Origin: an uncultured Dehalococcoidales bacterium
GTDB lineage: Bacteria > Chloroflexota > Dehalococcoidia > GIF9 > AB-539-J10
NCBI GenBank assembly: GCA_964394145.1
Contig: CAYMVL010000033.1
Location: forward strand, 711 to 64,710
DNA: 64,000 nt
Direction: 5' to 3'
The notes under the pieces were generated by a model. That model had not been told where the DNA came from, made no database searches, and saw only the letters and a list, made by a program, of their open reading frames with translations. Position 1 is the first letter of the stretch. The number at the start of each line of letters is the position of its first letter. Made by a program: the position numbers and the translations under genes. Shown here piece after piece: positions 42,976-52,297 of this stretch.

Positions 42976-45272
42976 TTAAGGAACTCACCAGAAAGGAAGA
43001 AGAAGTCCGCCATCTGATCAGGGCGGAAATTCCCTGGGAGCCTGTCGGTCCCACTCCGATGCCCGAGATTCCTACTCTGAGATCTTGGGATATGAGGTTG
43101 CTTAAGACGTATAGCCCGTGGTACGCCCCATTCTGTGACCTCTGTTGCTTTTGCACCTATGGTAAATGTGACCTCTCTCAGGGAAGGAGAGGAGCCTGCG
43201 GGCTGGATATAGCCACTCAACAGGCAAGATTTATTCTTATCGCCTGTCTCATGGGATGCTCAGCTCATGCTGGCCATGCTGGCCATATTGTCGAGTATTT
43301 GATTGATAAGTATGGGCCTGATAAGAAAATTGATCTGGGTACATATATCGAGCTTACAGCACCAAATATTATGACGGTGACTGGCTTGAAACCCGAGACC
43401 CTGGGTGATCTTAAGACTGTCATAGAGTATGTATACAAGGAAGTCACCCACCTTCTGGATTCTACACATTTTGGGCAGGAAGGAAGTTACCTGGATTATG
43501 AGTCTAAAGCGTTGCACGCTAGTATGCTGGACCACGTTGGTATGGAGGTTGCCGACATCGCTCAGATTGTGGGGTTCAATTTCCCCACTTCTGTAGCTGA
43601 TACGCCTCTGGTAGATATGGGATGGGCCTCAGTTGATGAGTCTAAACCGGTGATATTGCTTGTCGGGCATAATCCAGCGACTTCAACTACTATTGTGGAT
43701 TACTTGAGGGAGAATGACTTTTATGACAAGGTCGAGATAGCCGGCATCTGCTGCACGGCACTTGAAACCACAAGATATTCTGACAGGGCAAAGGTCATAG
43801 GTCCTTTGTCCAGGCAGCTTTTCTACGTCAGGACAGGAATTGCCGATGTTATCGTAACTGACGAACAGTGTATCAGAACTGATATGCCTATACAGGCAGA
43901 TGCTGTCGGATCAAGGGTTATTGCCACTCTGGATAAAGCCATGTATGGCCTTGAGGATGCTACCGAATGGGATACAGAAGAAATCGTGAAACAGATGGTG
44001 GAGGATAAGAAACATTTCGCTATCTTAGATACTAGGAAGGCGGCGGAGGTGGCGACGAAGGTAGCTATGGCAATTGCTCCCCAGAGGACAAAGAAGTGGC
44101 TAACTAAAGATGAAGCAATAGAGCTTTCAAAGAAATGTACCAATTGTGGAGTGTGCGAGTGGGTATGCCCCAACCTTATTAAGATAGGCGATGGTATAAC
44201 TGAACTTGCGAAAGGCAATGTTGAATTGCTGGCAAAGCAGTTCAATGAATGTATTGGTTGTGGTAAATGTGACCAAGAATGCCCCTTGAAAGTTCCCATC
44301 TTTAAGATAATGCAGGCAGCAGCCAGCATGGAGACGTGGAAGATAAGAGCTGGGCGTGGCGCAGTAATGGACACCGAAATAAGAAAGGTGGGAGCACCTA
44401 TAACTCTTGGCACAATCCCTGGCGTTCTGGCCTTCGTTGGCTGTAGCAACTATCCTGATATCGATGATGTTGCCGATATGGTGTATGAATTTGCCAAGAG
44501 GAAATATATTGTGACTCTAACTGGATGCGCGGCTATGGTCGCCGGAATGAAGAAATTTGAGGACGGCAAGACTGTATACGAGCTATTTCCTCCCGATTTT
44601 GATGCTGGAGGGGTAGTCAACATTGGCTCCTGTGTATCTAATGCTCATATTAGTGGGGCTGCAATAAAGATAGCCAATATCTTTGCTGCGTTACCGTTGC
44701 GCGCTAATTACGAGGTGATGGCGGATTATGTCCTTAACCGAGTAGGTGCCTGTGGCGTAGCCTGGGGAGCTATGTCTCAGAAGGCGGCTTCCATCGGCAC
44801 AGGTTTTAACAGGTTGGGTATCCCGGTGCTACTGGGACCGCACTCCTCCAAGTATAGAAGACTGTTCCTTTCCAGAAAGGAAGAAGACGACTGGAGCGTC
44901 ATGGACGCCAGGAAAAGGGAAATTGTTGACAGCGGGGAGCCCTCTCCCGAACACCTGGCTTATGTGGCAGAGACGAAAGAGAAGGCAATGGTGATGATAC
45001 CCAAGCTATGTATAAGAAAGAACGATACCCCGCAAGGCAGGTCGATAAAGCTCAATCACTATATCTCTTTATACAAGAAATATATGGGCCCTGGGCTTCC
45101 TGAAGATATCCACCTGTTTATCAGGAGGGATGCTGATATTCCTCTGGTTTATAAGAAAGAAGTAAGAGAATACCTGAAGCAAATTGACTGGCAGCCTAAG
45201 GATCCTGTGGGACTTCCAACGTTAATCGGGACTTATCCCACTAAGGTTCCTTTAGATGCTGTTATACATTAA
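42963..45272 (+). CDS. cdhA: Ni-CO dehydrogenase catalytic subunit, archaeal ACDS alpha type (with inserted 2x[4Fe-4S] ferredoxin domain)
   Basis: The 769-aa product has the N-terminal motif PFCDLCCFCTYGKCDL (the B/D-cluster Cys motif shared with CdhA). The VLLVGHNP region follows. An internal ferredoxin insert (CTNCGVCEWVCP...CIGCGKCDQECP) is characteristic of archaeal CdhA and absent from bacterial CooS/AcsA, which are about 630 aa. Confidence 0.8.
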   Translation: MAEVVKELTRKEEEVRHLIRAEIPWEPVGPTPMPEIPTLRSWDMRLLKTYSPWYAPFCDLCCFCTYGKCDLSQGRRGACGLDIATQQARFILIACLMGCSAHAGHAGHIVEYLIDKYGPDKKIDLGTYIELTAPNIMTVTGLKPETLGDLKTVIEYVYKEVTHLLDSTHFGQEGSYLDYESKALHASMLDHVGMEVADIAQIVGFNFPTSVADTPLVDMGWASVDESKPVILLVGHNPATSTTIVDYLRENDFYDKVEIAGICCTALETTRYSDRAKVIGPLSRQLFYVRTGIADVIVTDEQCIRTDMPIQADAVGSRVIATLDKAMYGLEDATEWDTEEIVKQMVEDKKHFAILDTRKAAEVATKVAMAIAPQRTKKWLTKDEAIELSKKCTNCGVCEWVCPNLIKIGDGITELAKGNVELLAKQFNECIGCGKCDQECPLKVPIFKIMQAAASMETWKIRAGRGAVMDTEIRKVGAPITLGTIPGVLAFVGCSNYPDIDDVADMVYEFAKRKYIVTLTGCAAMVAGMKKFEDGKTVYELFPPDFDAGGVVNIGSCVSNAHISGAAIKIANIFAALPLRANYEVMADYVLNRVGACGVAWGAMSQKAASIGTGFNRLGIPVLLGPHSSKYRRLFLSRKEEDDWSVMDARKREIVDSGEPSPEHLAYVAETKEKAMVMIPKLCIRKNDTPQGRSIKLNHYISLYKKYMGPGLPEDIHLFIRRDADIPLVYKKEVREYLKQIDWQPKDPVGLPTLIGTYPTKVPLDAVIH

Positions 45273-45372
45273 TCTTGCTGCTTTGGAGCAAAAGGGAGAG
45301 GGAAAGAGGTAGCAAAAATTGAATACGATTTTATTTGGTTTTCAGGCTTAAGTCTGAAAAAGGAGGATAAAG

Positions 45373-45930
45373 ATGGCGATGATACCGACTCATAGGGTAA
45401 ACGTCCTGACAGGGATAAAGTCAGCGAGGATCGTAGAGGATGCCTCTCAGTACGCTGGCTACATCCGAACGGCAAGAAGGCCTCTTCTTGTGATTGGGCC
45501 CATGCTCGAAAAATGGTCGCTTGATGGAAAGTTCGCAATCGAATATGCGCTTGAGATAGCTAAGTCGGGCAATATTCCTGTATGTGCTACGGCGACTACC
45601 AGAAAGAAGGTCATGGAACTGGGTGTGGAGCCTGATAGCGCGCTTGACGCCGTGGAAGTAGTGAACCACCTCAAAGACCCTGGATGGCAAGGGGTCAAGA
45701 AACAGGGAAATCACGATTTGGTTATCTTCTTTGGCATCAGGAGCGACATGGAAGAGCAGATGCTTTCTGTGCTGAAACATTTCGCTTATAAACATTTAAA
45801 GACCATGACTCTGGACAAGTATTATTTCCCCCATGCCAATTATTCCCTTCCCAATATGCCCAAAACTGAAAAGTGGCAGGCATTCTTAGAGGATTTGATA
45901 GCTAATTTGCAGGCAAAGTCTAAAAAATAA
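45373..45930 (+). CDS. cdhB: ACDS epsilon subunit (CdhB-like)
   Basis: The 185-aa ORF sits between cdhA and cdhC, exactly where archaeal cdhB sits. Its size matches. It has no Fe-S motifs, as expected. The assignment is by synteny and size only. Confidence 0.55.
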   Translation: MAMIPTHRVNVLTGIKSARIVEDASQYAGYIRTARRPLLVIGPMLEKWSLDGKFAIEYALEIAKSGNIPVCATATTRKKVMELGVEPDSALDAVEVVNHLKDPGWQGVKKQGNHDLVIFFGIRSDMEEQMLSVLKHFAYKHLKTMTLDKYYFPHANYSLPNMPKTEKWQAFLEDLIANLQAKSKK

Positions 45931-45944
45931 GGAGGCATAAATAT

Positions 45945-47180
45945 ATGGAATGGCATTCAGATGTTGGACCACAATATGAGGGTGAGGTTATCAGGAAGGC
46001 GGATATGTGGATTGAGTTTGGCGGTCCTAAGGTGCCCGCAGGGAGCAAACTGGAGTTTTGTCGCTTACGGAAGCCGGAGCAAATTGAGCACGAAAAGGTT
46101 GAGCTTATAGGTCCCGATATAGATACAATGGAGGAAGGGGGAAGCTACCCTCTCGGTATCTTAGTTGAAATCTATGGAGAGCAACTTGATGAGGATGCAG
46201 TACCAATCCTTGAGCGAAGAATTCACATGTTCTCAAGCTATATCGAGGGCTGGTACCATATGAATCAGAGAGGGGATATATGGATAAGGTTGAACAAGGA
46301 CTGTGGGAAGAGGGGATGGAAGTCATTAAAGGAGTATGGCGAAATACTCAATTTCCTCTACACCTCTGAGATGGATATAATACAGAAGATTCAAGTTACG
46401 CTTATTACTGATCCGGAAGCAATACAGAAGCTGTATCCTGAGGCTAAAGCAGCCTACGAAGCTAGAGATGCCAGGGCGTTAACCCTGAATGATGAAGATG
46501 TGGATACGTTTTATGGCTGTGTGCTTTGCCAGAGCTTCGCACCCACGCATATTTCCATCATAACCCCTAATAGAATCGCCAATTGTGGGGCCATAAATTG
46601 GTTCGACGGCAGGGCAGCAGCTAAGATCGATCCCGAGGGACCGATATTTGCCGTGCCCAAGGGTAAACTGATTGACCCCATAAGGGGTGAATATGAGGGG
46701 GCAAATAAGACAGAGTATGAGAGGTCTTTAGGGACTTATGATAGGGTTTATCTCTATAGCGCCTTCGAGCATCCTCATACTTCCTGTGGCTGCTTTGAAG
46801 CTATTGTCTTCTATATTCCTGAAGTTGACGGCTTTGGGATAGTGGATAGAGAATTCAAAGGTCCAACTGTAACCGGAGAGACTTTTTCGCACATGGCCGG
46901 TGACACATCGGGCGGAAGGCAGGTGGAGGGTAGATTGGGCACTGGCCTGGAGCAAATGCGATCTCCAAAATTTATCCAGGCAGACGGAGGAAGAAGGAGG
47001 GTGGTCTGGATGCCTAAGGTAATAAAGGAAAGATACAGGGAACCATTTGAAAAAGACGGGGTATACGATAAGATACCCACAGAAGAAGATGTTAAGAACA
47101 CAGATGAACTACTGGCTTATCTGGAGGAGCATCAGCATCCGTGGATAAAGGGCGAAGTTGAGCTTCCGGAGTTGCCTTAG
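45945..47180 (+). CDS. cdhC: Acetyl-CoA synthase catalytic subunit, short archaeal-type (ACDS beta, A-cluster)
   Basis: The product contains YGCVLCQSF...ANCG (Cys ligands of the [4Fe-4S] part) and HTSCGCFE (the Cys-Gly-Cys motif that binds the proximal and distal Ni). It is 411 aa and lacks the long N-terminal domains of the bacterial AcsB, which is about 730 aa. Confidence 0.8.
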   Translation: MEWHSDVGPQYEGEVIRKADMWIEFGGPKVPAGSKLEFCRLRKPEQIEHEKVELIGPDIDTMEEGGSYPLGILVEIYGEQLDEDAVPILERRIHMFSSYIEGWYHMNQRGDIWIRLNKDCGKRGWKSLKEYGEILNFLYTSEMDIIQKIQVTLITDPEAIQKLYPEAKAAYEARDARALTLNDEDVDTFYGCVLCQSFAPTHISIITPNRIANCGAINWFDGRAAAKIDPEGPIFAVPKGKLIDPIRGEYEGANKTEYERSLGTYDRVYLYSAFEHPHTSCGCFEAIVFYIPEVDGFGIVDREFKGPTVTGETFSHMAGDTSGGRQVEGRLGTGLEQMRSPKFIQADGGRRRVVWMPKVIKERYREPFEKDGVYDKIPTEEDVKNTDELLAYLEEHQHPWIKGEVELPELP

Positions 47181-47225
47181 TCTTGTTTTTTGGAAATAAA
47201 GTTTAAGTAGTAAGGAAGGTTTGTT

Positions 47226-48635
47226 ATGCCAGTTTCAGGAACCGCGTTGATAAAGATGCTTCCTAACAGGAAGGGGTGTAAGGATTGTGGTTTTCCTACC
47301 TGCTTTGCATTTGCTATGAAGTTAGCTTCTGGAGGGACTACTGTAGATAAATGTCCTTATCTTGACGAAGATACCAAAGCTAAAATAAATGACCTTCTAG
47401 CACCTCCGCAAAAGCTTGTAACCGTAGGCTCAGGAGATAATAAGTACGAAATTGGGAACGAAGAGGTAGTCTATCGCCATGACAAGACTTTCGTGCATGA
47501 GCCTGCCATTGCTTTGCTTGTGTCGGATAAGGAGAATGACGAGGAAATAGAGAGAAAGATAAAGAAGATACAGGAAGTGCACTATCCTTGGGTGGGCTTG
47601 ACTCTGCATGCAGACCTTCTAGCTCCTCACTTTGAATCGGGGGACAAAACGAAATTTTTGGCTTTGGTAAAGAGACTCTGCGATTCTACAAATGCAGGTA
47701 TGGTTCTTATCTCGGAAGACACGGACGTTCTATTTGCGGCCAGGGATATCTGCGGCGATAGAAATCCTTTGATTTATCCCATAACAAAGGAGAATATAGA
47801 TATTGCGATACCGAAACTCAAGGAGAAACCCACCGCAATAGGGATTCGTGCAGAGGGCGTAGAACAACTCATACCTTTGACTACTAAGCTGAAGGATGCT
47901 GGGCTTGACCATCTTGTTATGGACCCTGGCTCCAAGGGTATAATTGAGGCACTTAGGGATCAAACGTTTATTAGGAGGGCAGCTTTAAAAACCGGCTTCA
48001 AAGCTCTCGGTTATCCAACCATAGCTTTCCCGTGTTTCATAAACAAAGATGGGCTAAAGGAAATGCTGGCTGCCTCTATGTTTGTAGATAAGTATGCCGG
48101 TATCATCGTCCTTTCCGATCTCAATCCTAATTACATGTTGCCCTTGCTGGTGCAACGGCTCAATATTTATACCGACCCACGCTTCCCCATGTCTGTGGAG
48201 CAGAAATATTATGAGATAGGACAGCCTACTGAGGAGTCCCCTGTTCTCATGACTTCGAATTGGTCTTTGACGTATTTCGTCGTGGCATCAGCCATTGAGG
48301 CTACTAAAGTGCCTTGTTTCCTTCTGGTGCAAGATGCGGAGGGGCTTGGTGTTCTCACTGGTTGGGCTGCGGGTAAGATAAGCGGAGATACTGTGGGCAA
48401 GCTTGTTAGGACCTGTGGTATTGAAGAGAGAGTGAAGCACAGGCAGCTGGTGATTCCAGGAAGAATAGCTCGAATTTCGGGTGAGACTATGGACGCTCTG
48501 GATTGGAAATGGGAAGTGACAGTTGGGCCCAGGGAATCAACCGCAATAGGAGCTTTCCTCCCTAAATATGCCAAAGAACTTAAGGAAAAGATAGCTGCCG
48601 GCAAGGGAATTCCAGCAGAAGTGGAAAATGAGTGA
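47226..48635 (+). CDS. cdhE: Corrinoid iron-sulfur protein large subunit (ACDS gamma)
   Basis: The N-terminal motif CKDCGFPTCFAFAMKLASGGTTVDKCPY (C-x2-C-x4-C-x16-C, a [4Fe-4S] site) is typical of AcsC/CdhE. The product is 469 aa. A TIM barrel plus a B12-binding-like region follow. Confidence 0.8.
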   Translation: MPVSGTALIKMLPNRKGCKDCGFPTCFAFAMKLASGGTTVDKCPYLDEDTKAKINDLLAPPQKLVTVGSGDNKYEIGNEEVVYRHDKTFVHEPAIALLVSDKENDEEIERKIKKIQEVHYPWVGLTLHADLLAPHFESGDKTKFLALVKRLCDSTNAGMVLISEDTDVLFAARDICGDRNPLIYPITKENIDIAIPKLKEKPTAIGIRAEGVEQLIPLTTKLKDAGLDHLVMDPGSKGIIEALRDQTFIRRAALKTGFKALGYPTIAFPCFINKDGLKEMLAASMFVDKYAGIIVLSDLNPNYMLPLLVQRLNIYTDPRFPMSVEQKYYEIGQPTEESPVLMTSNWSLTYFVVASAIEATKVPCFLLVQDAEGLGVLTGWAAGKISGDTVGKLVRTCGIEERVKHRQLVIPGRIARISGETMDALDWKWEVTVGPRESTAIGAFLPKYAKELKEKIAAGKGIPAEVENE

Positions 48636-49182
48636 CCAGCAATCTATTGGAGAGCAAATAGATGATATCTTAACACCAAATAAAAGGGAGAGGAAGAATC
48701 TCATTTCCCTGCTGCAGCAAGTCCAGGACAGACTGGGTTATCTTCCCCGCGAAGCAATGCTAGAGGTAAGCAAGTTCCTCGGCGTAGCAGAAGTTCAAGT
48801 ATTTTCAGTAGCCACTTTTTATAACCAATTCAGAATGAAACCTGTAGGCAGGTATCCTGTCGAGGTCTGCATGGGTACTGCCTGCCATTTGAAAGGCGGG
48901 CAATTCATTCTAGAGGAATTTGAGAGGCAGCTGGGAATCAAGGTGGAGGAGACCACAACGGATGGCAATTTCAGCCTGCATAGGGTTGCCTGTATGGGTT
49001 GTTGTATGCTGGCTCCTGTGGTGAAGATGGGTGATAGGGCCCCGGTGATAAGAATTGGCAATAAACTCTATCCCAAGATGACACCTTTTAAGGTGGAAGA
49101 GGTTTTAATACCTTATAGAGCGGAAATTCGGCAAAAGCCAGGAGAAGAGCAAGTCGGAGCCGGGAAGCAAGAGAAACGTTGA
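48628..49182 (+). CDS. NuoE/HoxE/HndA-like thioredoxin-fold [2Fe-2S] protein
   Basis: The product contains CMGTACHLKGG and ACMGCCMLAPVV (the C-x4-C...C-x3-C pattern of the 24-kDa subunit). It is 184 aa and overlaps the downstream NuoF-like gene by 4 nt. Confidence 0.8.
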   Translation: MSDQQSIGEQIDDILTPNKRERKNLISLLQQVQDRLGYLPREAMLEVSKFLGVAEVQVFSVATFYNQFRMKPVGRYPVEVCMGTACHLKGGQFILEEFERQLGIKVEETTTDGNFSLHRVACMGCCMLAPVVKMGDRAPVIRIGNKLYPKMTPFKVEEVLIPYRAEIRQKPGEEQVGAGKQEKR

Positions 49183-51101
49183 CTTTAGCTGAGATCAAGG
49201 AAAAAGCCAGGGTGGAATGGGACGATTTACGGAGGGGTACTTATGTTACTATTGGCACAGCCACTTGTGGTCAGGCAGCAGGTGCCCTGGATACTGTCGC
49301 AGCTTTTGAGCAAGAGCTAAAGAAGCGTAATGCGGAGGCTAAGGTGGTTGAAGTTGGTTGCCTGGGATTATGTTATGCTGAGCCTCTAGTTACCATATTT
49401 AAGCCTGAATCTTTCGCTGTCGTGTATTGTAACGTCACGCCGCAGCTTGTCCCTCGGCTTATTGATGGTTACGTCCTAGGTGATGACCCCTGCCTTGAGC
49501 TTGCTTTAGGAACGCTTGATGGCGGAGAAGAAGGGGAAGCCCCTTATATCCCGGAATTGGCTAGATTTGAGAAGGAGTTGCGCATTGTAATGCGTCACTG
49601 TGGCTACATTGACCCGAAAAATATAAACCATTATATAGCTAATGGTGGTTATAGTGTCCTGGACAAGGCTCTTCATATGGAGCCTGAGGAGATAATTGGA
49701 GAAATTAAGCAGTCGGGTCTTCGGGGGCGGGGGGGGGCCGGGTTTCCTACGGGGCTGAAATGGGAGATAACTCGCGGTCAGTTGGCCGCACCTAAATATG
49801 TGGTATGCAATGGAGACGAAGGTGATCCCGGTGCTTTTATGGATCGCATTGTTTTGGAATCTGACCCGCATCAAGTTCTCGAGGGAATGATAATCGCGGG
49901 CTATGCCATAGGTGCTAAGGAGGGTTATATATATATTCGTGCTGAATATCCTCTGGCTATTGAGCGGGTGCAAATTGCCTTGAATCAAGCTAGGGAATTA
50001 GGTTTGCTTGGTAAACATATTCTGGGCACTGATTTTAGCTTCGATATTAATATAGCAGCAGGCGCCGGAGCTTTCGTTTCTGGTGAGGAAACAGGTCTGA
50101 TGGCAGCTATCGAAGGAAGGGAAAGCACCCCAAGGCCAAGGCCGCCTTACCCGGCCGAATCTGGATTGTGGGGCAAACCTACTGTTCTCAACAATGTAAA
50201 GAGTTTTTCGAATGCCACAGTGATAATGGATAAGGGAGCGAGCTGGTTTTCGTCTATTGGCACTGAACGAAGCACAGGGACGGCGTTATTTAGCCTAGCA
50301 GGTAAGATCAAGCGGCCAGGGCTTTGCGAAGTGCCTATGGGAACAACAATACATGATATTGTTTTCGATATTGGAGGCGGGATCCTCGATGATAGAGAAT
50401 TCAAGGCGGTGCAAATTGGGGGGCCGTCTGGAGGAATGATACCGGCAAGCCTGCAAGATACGCCAGTAGATTTCGATTCGTTGAAGTCAGTTGGCTCGAT
50501 GATGGGCTCAGGCGGATTCATTGTCATGAGCGAGGATGACTGCGTTGTTGATGCCGCTCGTTTCTTCCTTGATTTCACGACAAAGGAATCCTGTGGGCAA
50601 TGTACGCCATGTCGCCTCGGGACTTTGCAAATGCTTAGAACGCTTGAGGACATCACTGCCGGTAAGGGCAAAATTGAGGATATTGATTTTCTTCTTGAGC
50701 TAGCCGAGGATGTCAGAGACAGCGCCCTTTGCGCCCTGGGACAGACGGCTCCTAATCCCGTCCTTACCACAATTCGCTATTTCAGGGACGAATATGAAGA
50801 GCATATTCTACAAAAGAAATGCCGGGCAAAAGTCTGTACTAACCTTACTGCATACTATATTCTGCCTGACAAATGCGAGAGGTCTTGTGAGCATTGTGTG
50901 CTTACATGCCCAACTGAGGCGATTAAAGGAGGTACAGGAGAAGTTAAGCACATTGAGCAGGATAAGTGTGTTAACTGTGGCACTTGCCTGGACGTGTGCC
51001 CTCCTGAATATGACGCTGTAGTAAAATTGTCGCCTATTACCGAACTTCCGCCAGAAGATAAAGAAGCTAAGGAACGAGGCATAGCAGAACAGGTGGTATA
51101 A
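49179..51101 (+). CDS. NuoF/HndC/HydB-like NAD(P)H-binding flavoprotein with N-terminal thioredoxin-like [2Fe-2S] domain and C-terminal 2x[4Fe-4S] ferredoxin domain
   Basis: The product has GLRGRGGAGFPTGLKW (the FMN site). It has CGQCTPCRLGT (a NuoF-type N3-like cluster motif), CERSCEHCVLTCP and CVNCGTCLDVCP. The N-terminal part contains CGQAAGALD...CLGLCYAEP. The product is 640 aa. Confidence 0.85.
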   Translation: MTLAEIKEKARVEWDDLRRGTYVTIGTATCGQAAGALDTVAAFEQELKKRNAEAKVVEVGCLGLCYAEPLVTIFKPESFAVVYCNVTPQLVPRLIDGYVLGDDPCLELALGTLDGGEEGEAPYIPELARFEKELRIVMRHCGYIDPKNINHYIANGGYSVLDKALHMEPEEIIGEIKQSGLRGRGGAGFPTGLKWEITRGQLAAPKYVVCNGDEGDPGAFMDRIVLESDPHQVLEGMIIAGYAIGAKEGYIYIRAEYPLAIERVQIALNQARELGLLGKHILGTDFSFDINIAAGAGAFVSGEETGLMAAIEGRESTPRPRPPYPAESGLWGKPTVLNNVKSFSNATVIMDKGASWFSSIGTERSTGTALFSLAGKIKRPGLCEVPMGTTIHDIVFDIGGGILDDREFKAVQIGGPSGGMIPASLQDTPVDFDSLKSVGSMMGSGGFIVMSEDDCVVDAARFFLDFTTKESCGQCTPCRLGTLQMLRTLEDITAGKGKIEDIDFLLELAEDVRDSALCALGQTAPNPVLTTIRYFRDEYEEHILQKKCRAKVCTNLTAYYILPDKCERSCEHCVLTCPTEAIKGGTGEVKHIEQDKCVNCGTCLDVCPPEYDAVVKLSPITELPPEDKEAKERGIAEQVV

Positions 51102-51862
51102 TGGCTAGGAAAATCGTTTCTACTGGAAGAGGAGGATCAGGGAAATCAACTTTTGTCGCCTTGATTAGCAAGTACTTGAAACCACCAACGTTGCTTATTG
51201 ACCTCGACCCTGACCTTAGCCTTGCTGATATGCTCGGCATGGATTTTCGTAAGGAAGGGAAAAGGACGGTTTGCGAGGCACTTTATGATGTTGTTGAAAA
51301 AAGAAAAAGCAATGTAAGCCCAACAATCACAACGCACGAGATGATGGAAGGCATGCTATGGAGCGATTGCTTGTACGAAGGGGAAAAAACGGACATCATT
51401 AGCCTTGGAACAAAGTTAACTGAAGGCTGTCTTTGCGCTCCGGACGAGATACTCAGGAGAGCAATTCCCAAGCTCGCTAAGAATTACGCCAACCTTGTAA
51501 TAGACTCTCCAGCTGGAGTGGAACATCTGAATCGGAATGTAGTGTCGGACGTAAATGACCTTTTCGTTATATGCGACCCCTCTGATAAATCTCTGAAGCA
51601 CATACCGAGGATAAAAGAGATTATAAAGCAGGTGGGGATTAAGTATGGCCATCTGTATCTTGTGGCGAACTATGAGTGTAATGGAGAGGCAGAAAATTAT
51701 CTGCAGCAGGTAGGTGAAGTCTATTTGGGCAAGGTAGAGTATGATGCCGAACTGGCACAGTATAATCTGGAAGGCAAGTCGCTTCTGGATTTGCCGGAGG
51801 ATTCAGTCGCTTCTTTGTCAGTAAAAAGAATTTTAATTAAAGCCGGTTATGAGATTAGGTAG
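51101..51862 (+). CDS. cooC: CooC/AcsF-family ATPase, copy 2
   Basis: The product begins MARKIVSTGRGGSGKSTF and contains ...GCLCAPDE (CxC). It is 253 aa and is a paralog of copy 3. Its start is shared with the NuoF-like stop region. Confidence 0.75.
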   Translation: MARKIVSTGRGGSGKSTFVALISKYLKPPTLLIDLDPDLSLADMLGMDFRKEGKRTVCEALYDVVEKRKSNVSPTITTHEMMEGMLWSDCLYEGEKTDIISLGTKLTEGCLCAPDEILRRAIPKLAKNYANLVIDSPAGVEHLNRNVVSDVNDLFVICDPSDKSLKHIPRIKEIIKQVGIKYGHLYLVANYECNGEAENYLQQVGEVYLGKVEYDAELAQYNLEGKSLLDLPEDSVASLSVKRILIKAGYEIR

Positions 51863-52122
51863 AGCGTACAGGAGTCAGGATCAATACAGGTAAGGTAGCC
51901 AAGAGTAACGTTAATGTCAAATAACAGTATGATTCACCAGCAGGAGGTATGATAAGGTCTTATGCCTATGCTACTGAATGCTGTGATGCTTCCCGGGACA
52001 AAGAGAAGCTATGAGCTTGGTCATAACGGCGAATCGCAGGTCTCTATGAGCAAGGTAATTCATATGCTCAGGCGTAAGCCTATGGAGATAGCCATGGGAC
52101 TAAGCTGGATCAGGTCAGGGGA

Positions 52123-52293
52123 ATGAGAGAGAAGCGACTATATTGGTGCCCTTTTTGCGAGCGTAACGTTTCCTTATGGAGGACAAAAGATAATAAACTA
52201 ATTTGTCCACGGTGTGGTAGAGAGGTGGTTTACATAACAAACGACGGTCGTATCGGGGCTATCAGAGGGAAGGAGGGGATTGCAAATAAATAG
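52123..52293 (+). CDS. Tiny zinc-ribbon protein (56 aa, two CxxC pairs)
   Basis: The product is MREKRLYWCPFCERNVSLWRTKDNKLICPRCGREVVYITNDGRIGAIRGKEGIANK. It is below the 60-aa ORF-track cut-off. It lies between two cooC paralogs, and its 3' end overlaps the start region of cooC copy 3. Confidence 0.4.
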   Translation: MREKRLYWCPFCERNVSLWRTKDNKLICPRCGREVVYITNDGRIGAIRGKEGIANK

Positions 52294-52297
52294 TAAG

